From Catajapyx aquilonaris (taxonomy: Eukaryota), in NCBI GenBank assembly GCA_000934665.2, contig KZ538282.1, positions 62,001 through 88,253 of the forward strand: a DNA stretch of 26,253 bases. Direction: 5' to 3'. Shown piece by piece: positions 22,246 through 26,253 of this stretch. Each line of letters starts with the position of its first letter. The first letter of the stretch is position 1. Both the position numbers and the translations under genes were made by a program. A model generated the notes under the pieces. The model was not told the DNA's origin. It worked only from the letters and a program-made list of their open reading frames with translations, and did not search any database.

Positions 22246-23766
22246 TGGTTGTGGTCTCAACAGACTTTTAAATATTCCGCCAGAATTTTTGCACTTTTTT
22301 GTAGGTCTTACGTCATCTTGGAATAATATTTTCCCTCAAATTTGTCCAATTTTCCGCCACGCGGTTCGTTAGTGCCTTTGTTTTGGAGGAGCAGTTTTGA
22401 GCCGGTGAGCCTGCATGAAATTTTAGCCCGGATTTTTCCAGGCAACGTTTTAGATGTCCAGGATGAGCTCGTCGGGGGACGCGACGGAAGGGGGTGAAGT
22501 TGGCGTGGTGGACTAGGACATGAGAGAAGGCAGAGAGACAACTCACCATATAGCGTCACTCTCAAAAATTTGTATGTTCCACAGCCTCATTCAGTAGACG
22601 TAATTTTCAGTGTAAAAAACTTGTGCAGTAGGTCTAACGACACCGAGGATGACATAAGCATACATCTTGATATACGAGAATCCGTATATCGTAGAATCCG
22701 TGACTAAATCTGACGTGGAGGTGGAGGATTTCGAAAGCCCTTAATGAACTCCCCTAGTGTAACTTCTAAACGGTGCCTAATGAAACGCGACATTCTAGAC
22801 TGTGTACTCGGTGGATGTGTGCATTGTACACATGTTGAAGCGGCAGTAATTGCCATTTTGTCGAGCGATACAAACTTCCAGACACGATTCCATATCCTAA
22901 GGAATATACTCCAGCCCTTTAGGCTACGAGCATGTACTGTACAGTACCTCATCACTGAGCTAGTTTAATGGACTCAAAAGTTAGTCGGGCCGACTGATGG
23001 TGGTGTTTGAAATGGGGTATCCACCGCTTAGAGCCCGCATGCAGTGCAGTGGCTGAACTGCTGCCTCCCCATCCATCGGGTCCGATAAGGAAGCCAGTTT
23101 TGCTGCTGAGAAATGACTTGAGTGACGGATCCGAAAGAGTGGGCAAGAAACATAGGCGTGCTGGTGCCGCCGGGTCATCGTCAGCAATTTTTCCATCTTC
23201 CCTCAGGCCAGATAAGCAATAAAGGGCAGTAATATTATATATAGCTATCGTGTTAAAATACAGCAGCAGCCACCTCAATTGCGATCATAACTTTCGTCAG
23301 CTACTTTAGTGCCAGTCTTCATACAGGGAGAACGGGCGAGGTGAAGTATGTCATATTTCCTCCTCCCTTTTCCTTCCTTCCTCTGGGTATGTCCGACTGT
23401 GTCTGCATTTTTGACAAAATGTTGGTATTACTTTGCATGACTCCCGAAGAGGAAGTGGATGATCCGGGCAGCAACAGGACTAGCGGCCTGATTTATAGCA
23501 CCGCGATTGGCAAATCCTGTGAAGAATTGCTTCAAGCTCTGCTGGTGCTTCCCAGACTCTGTAGAGTCGGGAGGCAGGGCAACTACCATCGTAAGATCGG
23601 CGTGCAGTCGAGTTAGTGATAAGACGGAGGCCATAGAAAAGCAGGAGAAAACGCAGTGCCGGAGAAACTTTCAGGAAACATTCTGGAATGGAATCAGTGC
23701 CACGCACCCGGACGAGGTCCTGGCAGAGAGTGTTCTGAACTAAGAAATGCGAAGCCCTGCACGCCG

Positions 23767-23782
23767 CCCCCCCCNCCCCCCC
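23767..23782 (+). repeat. Poly-C tract containing an ambiguous base (N at 23775)
   Basis: ccccccccnccccccc; the tract length may be unreliable in the assembly. Confidence 0.9.
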
Positions 23783-26160
23783 TTTCTACCTCTTGCCATC
23801 ATTTTTTTCCCTCCTTCATGTCCCTGCCTTCTTGCCACCCGGCACAACCTCATGGAACTTGTGATTGCCGCATCTCGACTCGTGCTCCGAATGCTCAACC
23901 CACTCAAGGATTCCTTTCTTGACGCTCAGAATGTCACCAAACTGCTTGCGGGTCTCCCAGATATGTGATGCCTTTTACCGACTGACAGCAGCCGATATTT
24001 GACACCTTCCCTTCCGAAGCAGTTGCCCAAAACTTCTGCTCTGTCGATTCGCATGGGAAGGCGTCGTCATCTCCTTCTGCGGCTTCCACATTTTGGAAGG
24101 AGAATCGAAGGGATGGGATCAGAATTCCAGTTAATCACCTCGGTGTATCGCGTCTGCCGGATTATCCCAGCTGACAGGTGAGTAACGCAGCGTGAAATTG
24201 CGAGCGAAGGTTTGCACATTGTTCGCAAGTGCTCTTACGGCACCAATTATAGACTACCCAGTTGGTAATCAGCTCGTATTCACCTGGCACTGTAGAATAT
24301 ATTGGCCCTGGGCTTCTGGTTGGTGGTAGTGGTGAGTAGAAGCCAGCGTGTAACTGACTGGACTTAATAAAGGCCAGCATTTTGGCCGGAAAACCTGCAC
24401 AATTGCCATCAGCCGGAAAGGCACAGGCAGGCAGGCAGGGAGAGTGCTCTGTGCAGCAGAGCAGTTCGCAAAGCCTCTCGACACCCCAATTATTTCCTCC
24501 CCAGGTCCTTATCGGTTAATTATTCTCCTGACCGGAGCTTCATCACTAGTACGGGCGCCGGTATATGCAGCAGGCCAACAAGCTCCCAGCAGTCTTCAGC
24601 AAGTCAGGGAGAGAGAGAGAGGGGCGCAACCATGGCAACCAGTTAGAGTAGTAATGACATTTCCAATAATAAAACGCCCCACACAAGGTGGGTAACCCAC
24701 CCACCAAAGCACCCCAGACCACGCCCTTGTGAGCATGTGTAAACACAGTAGCTAAATATGTGCAAATAGGATCCAACCAGCTCTGAAACTATTGGAAAAT
24801 GGAATCAGATGTCCGGTACCAGCAGGGTCCTCCTTACAGTTTATTAATGTGGCTTGGGGCAGCGACGTGTGAGACAATGCGGCGGCCCAGTCGGAGGTCA
24901 GCGCAATGACAACTGGTCCGTTATTAATTGCTCTAAAGGATTCAAGTGCTCTTTGTTGTCCTTAATGCAATTAATCTTGACTGGGAATGCCTCCTTTACT
25001 GGGGGCAAAGTGGAAATCCTTGCCAAGTCGGACTCTTTTCACCTTTCGCATTCTCTGCCCTGGGTTGCTTTCAAGAAACAATTTATATGATCGATTGCGG
25101 GACACCTCCTTTTGCAATTTATCTCGCGGGAGAAGGCTACAAACAAAGAAAAGTCCCGTGAAAACACACTTAGAAGAGTTTTGGCCCCGACTCGCTTTCT
25201 GTCGTATTCTGGCATAAGCAAATGAGACGGCGGCCACCTCAGAGCTGGTAGACTACTCCCCTCCACCCTCAAAAAATAGGAAAAGAGTAGCTTGACGAAG
25301 TGTTTTAAAAGTTTTTATTTTGGACCAGGGGGCAAGAAACTTGAAAAGAAGTCCTTTTCTTTCGATTTCCGTCTCCTTCCTGCGCGCAAAGGAATCTCCC
25401 CTGTTCTTTCGGCCTCCCTTACTTCTCCAAAGTCGGCATCCGAATAAAAAGTGCAAGGATACGACTTCCTAAGGATTTCCTAGGAAAAAAAGACACTCTC
25501 ACCGAAAACTTTATTGTTCTCTCCCTCTTTCCCTGTTCTTTTCTATCCTTTCTGTTCACTTTTCGGCCTTTTCTCAGCGGCTCACCGCTACGCTTCTCCT
25601 GCTTCCAACCCTCCCCAGATTCTCCAAAGAGGAGATTCGGGACATCCTCCTATAGATCAAAAGATCAAAAATGGCTTCCTTCGTCATTCCACTCGATACA
25701 GCCACTCTAGTCTATAACCACTCGTCAAATTAGCGAAGATCTGTCGCCATGGCTACTCTTTAGAGTTTAGACAATACTGAGCCAGCCGTTACAACGTTGT
25801 CACATTGGGTCGGATAGTTACGTACTTATTTTATTCCTGGGTAAGTAGGAAAGCGAGAATTTCACAGGAGCATAAATCGTGGCTTTATGAATCCGTTTAG
25901 TCGTTATTTTCATACAAAAGTACGTTTCGGAGTTTTGTAACAGTGTCCATACCAGACTCAAAATTTTCTCCGATTTTGGACGCTTTCGAAGAGCTACATG
26001 CTTACAGTTCTGCATTGCACCAGTGAAAAAGGAGCCTAGTGAAAAAGTGAAAGAGGAGTACGATAGTACAGTACATGTAAAACTCAGTGCACGATCCGTA
26101 TTCTATAGGAACCTACTGTATTTTTAATAGCAGGCAATTACTGCAGAACATTCGATTATA

Positions 26161-26253
26161 CAGGGTGTATCTGAACTCAGTGCCCCGACGTATATGACTG
26201 CCTTCCTAGCCACCAGAGGATTGATTTAAGTATAGGAGTCATATGTCTGGGCA
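26161..26253 (+). mobile_element. Probable end of another Tc1/mariner-type element, truncated by the window edge
   Basis: TA|CAGGGTGTATCTGAACTCAG, the same TA-CAGGGTG terminus type as the 16810 element. The partner TIR is not visible. Confidence 0.45.

Noticed and set aside
22547..22588. Candidate upstream exon ending FLRVTLY-G|gtgagt (phase 1, minus strand)
   Set aside because: An in-frame TGA lies 14 codons upstream and there is no credible acceptor or Ig motif. The true upstream exon is probably beyond the window.
23985..24183. Plus-strand exon ending at CAG|GTGAGT (possible antisense gene)
   Set aside because: No homology-like peptide and no partner exons; isolated donor motifs are expected by chance.
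1..26253. The many 60-160 aa ORFs in the six-frame track
   Set aside because: No recognisable domains, overlapping on both strands, often driven by microsatellites. Only those overlapping the Ig exons or the transposase relic have support.
1..26253. CRISPR array, tRNA/rRNA or prokaryotic operon
   Set aside because: No regularly spaced repeats, cloverleaf or long ORFs; spliceosomal introns show the DNA is eukaryotic.

Overview
Eukaryotic (animal, probably arthropod) genomic DNA, almost entirely intronic. The only supported coding sequence is three GT-AG-bounded, phase-1 exons on the minus strand (15312-15455, 14314-14508, 772-1032; 600 nt). They splice in frame into two immunoglobulin domains of a cell-surface IgSF adhesion protein (Kirre/IrreC/Nephrin-like; from memory closest to insect teiresias/faint sausage CG17716-type proteins). 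The gene's start and end lie outside the window. The introns carry several non-autonomous DNA transposons. Three TIR elements cluster at 2.5-3.6 kb, a 632-bp fold-back element at 16810-17441 is built from two 3' ends of a mariner-like transposase gene, and further element ends are truncated or decayed. TACAGTA/TACTGTA heptamers, which resemble Tc1/mariner excision footprints, are in clear excess. Nearly all other ORFs in the track look spurious. I see no prokaryotic system, CRISPR array or RNA gene, and no convincing novel gene system.
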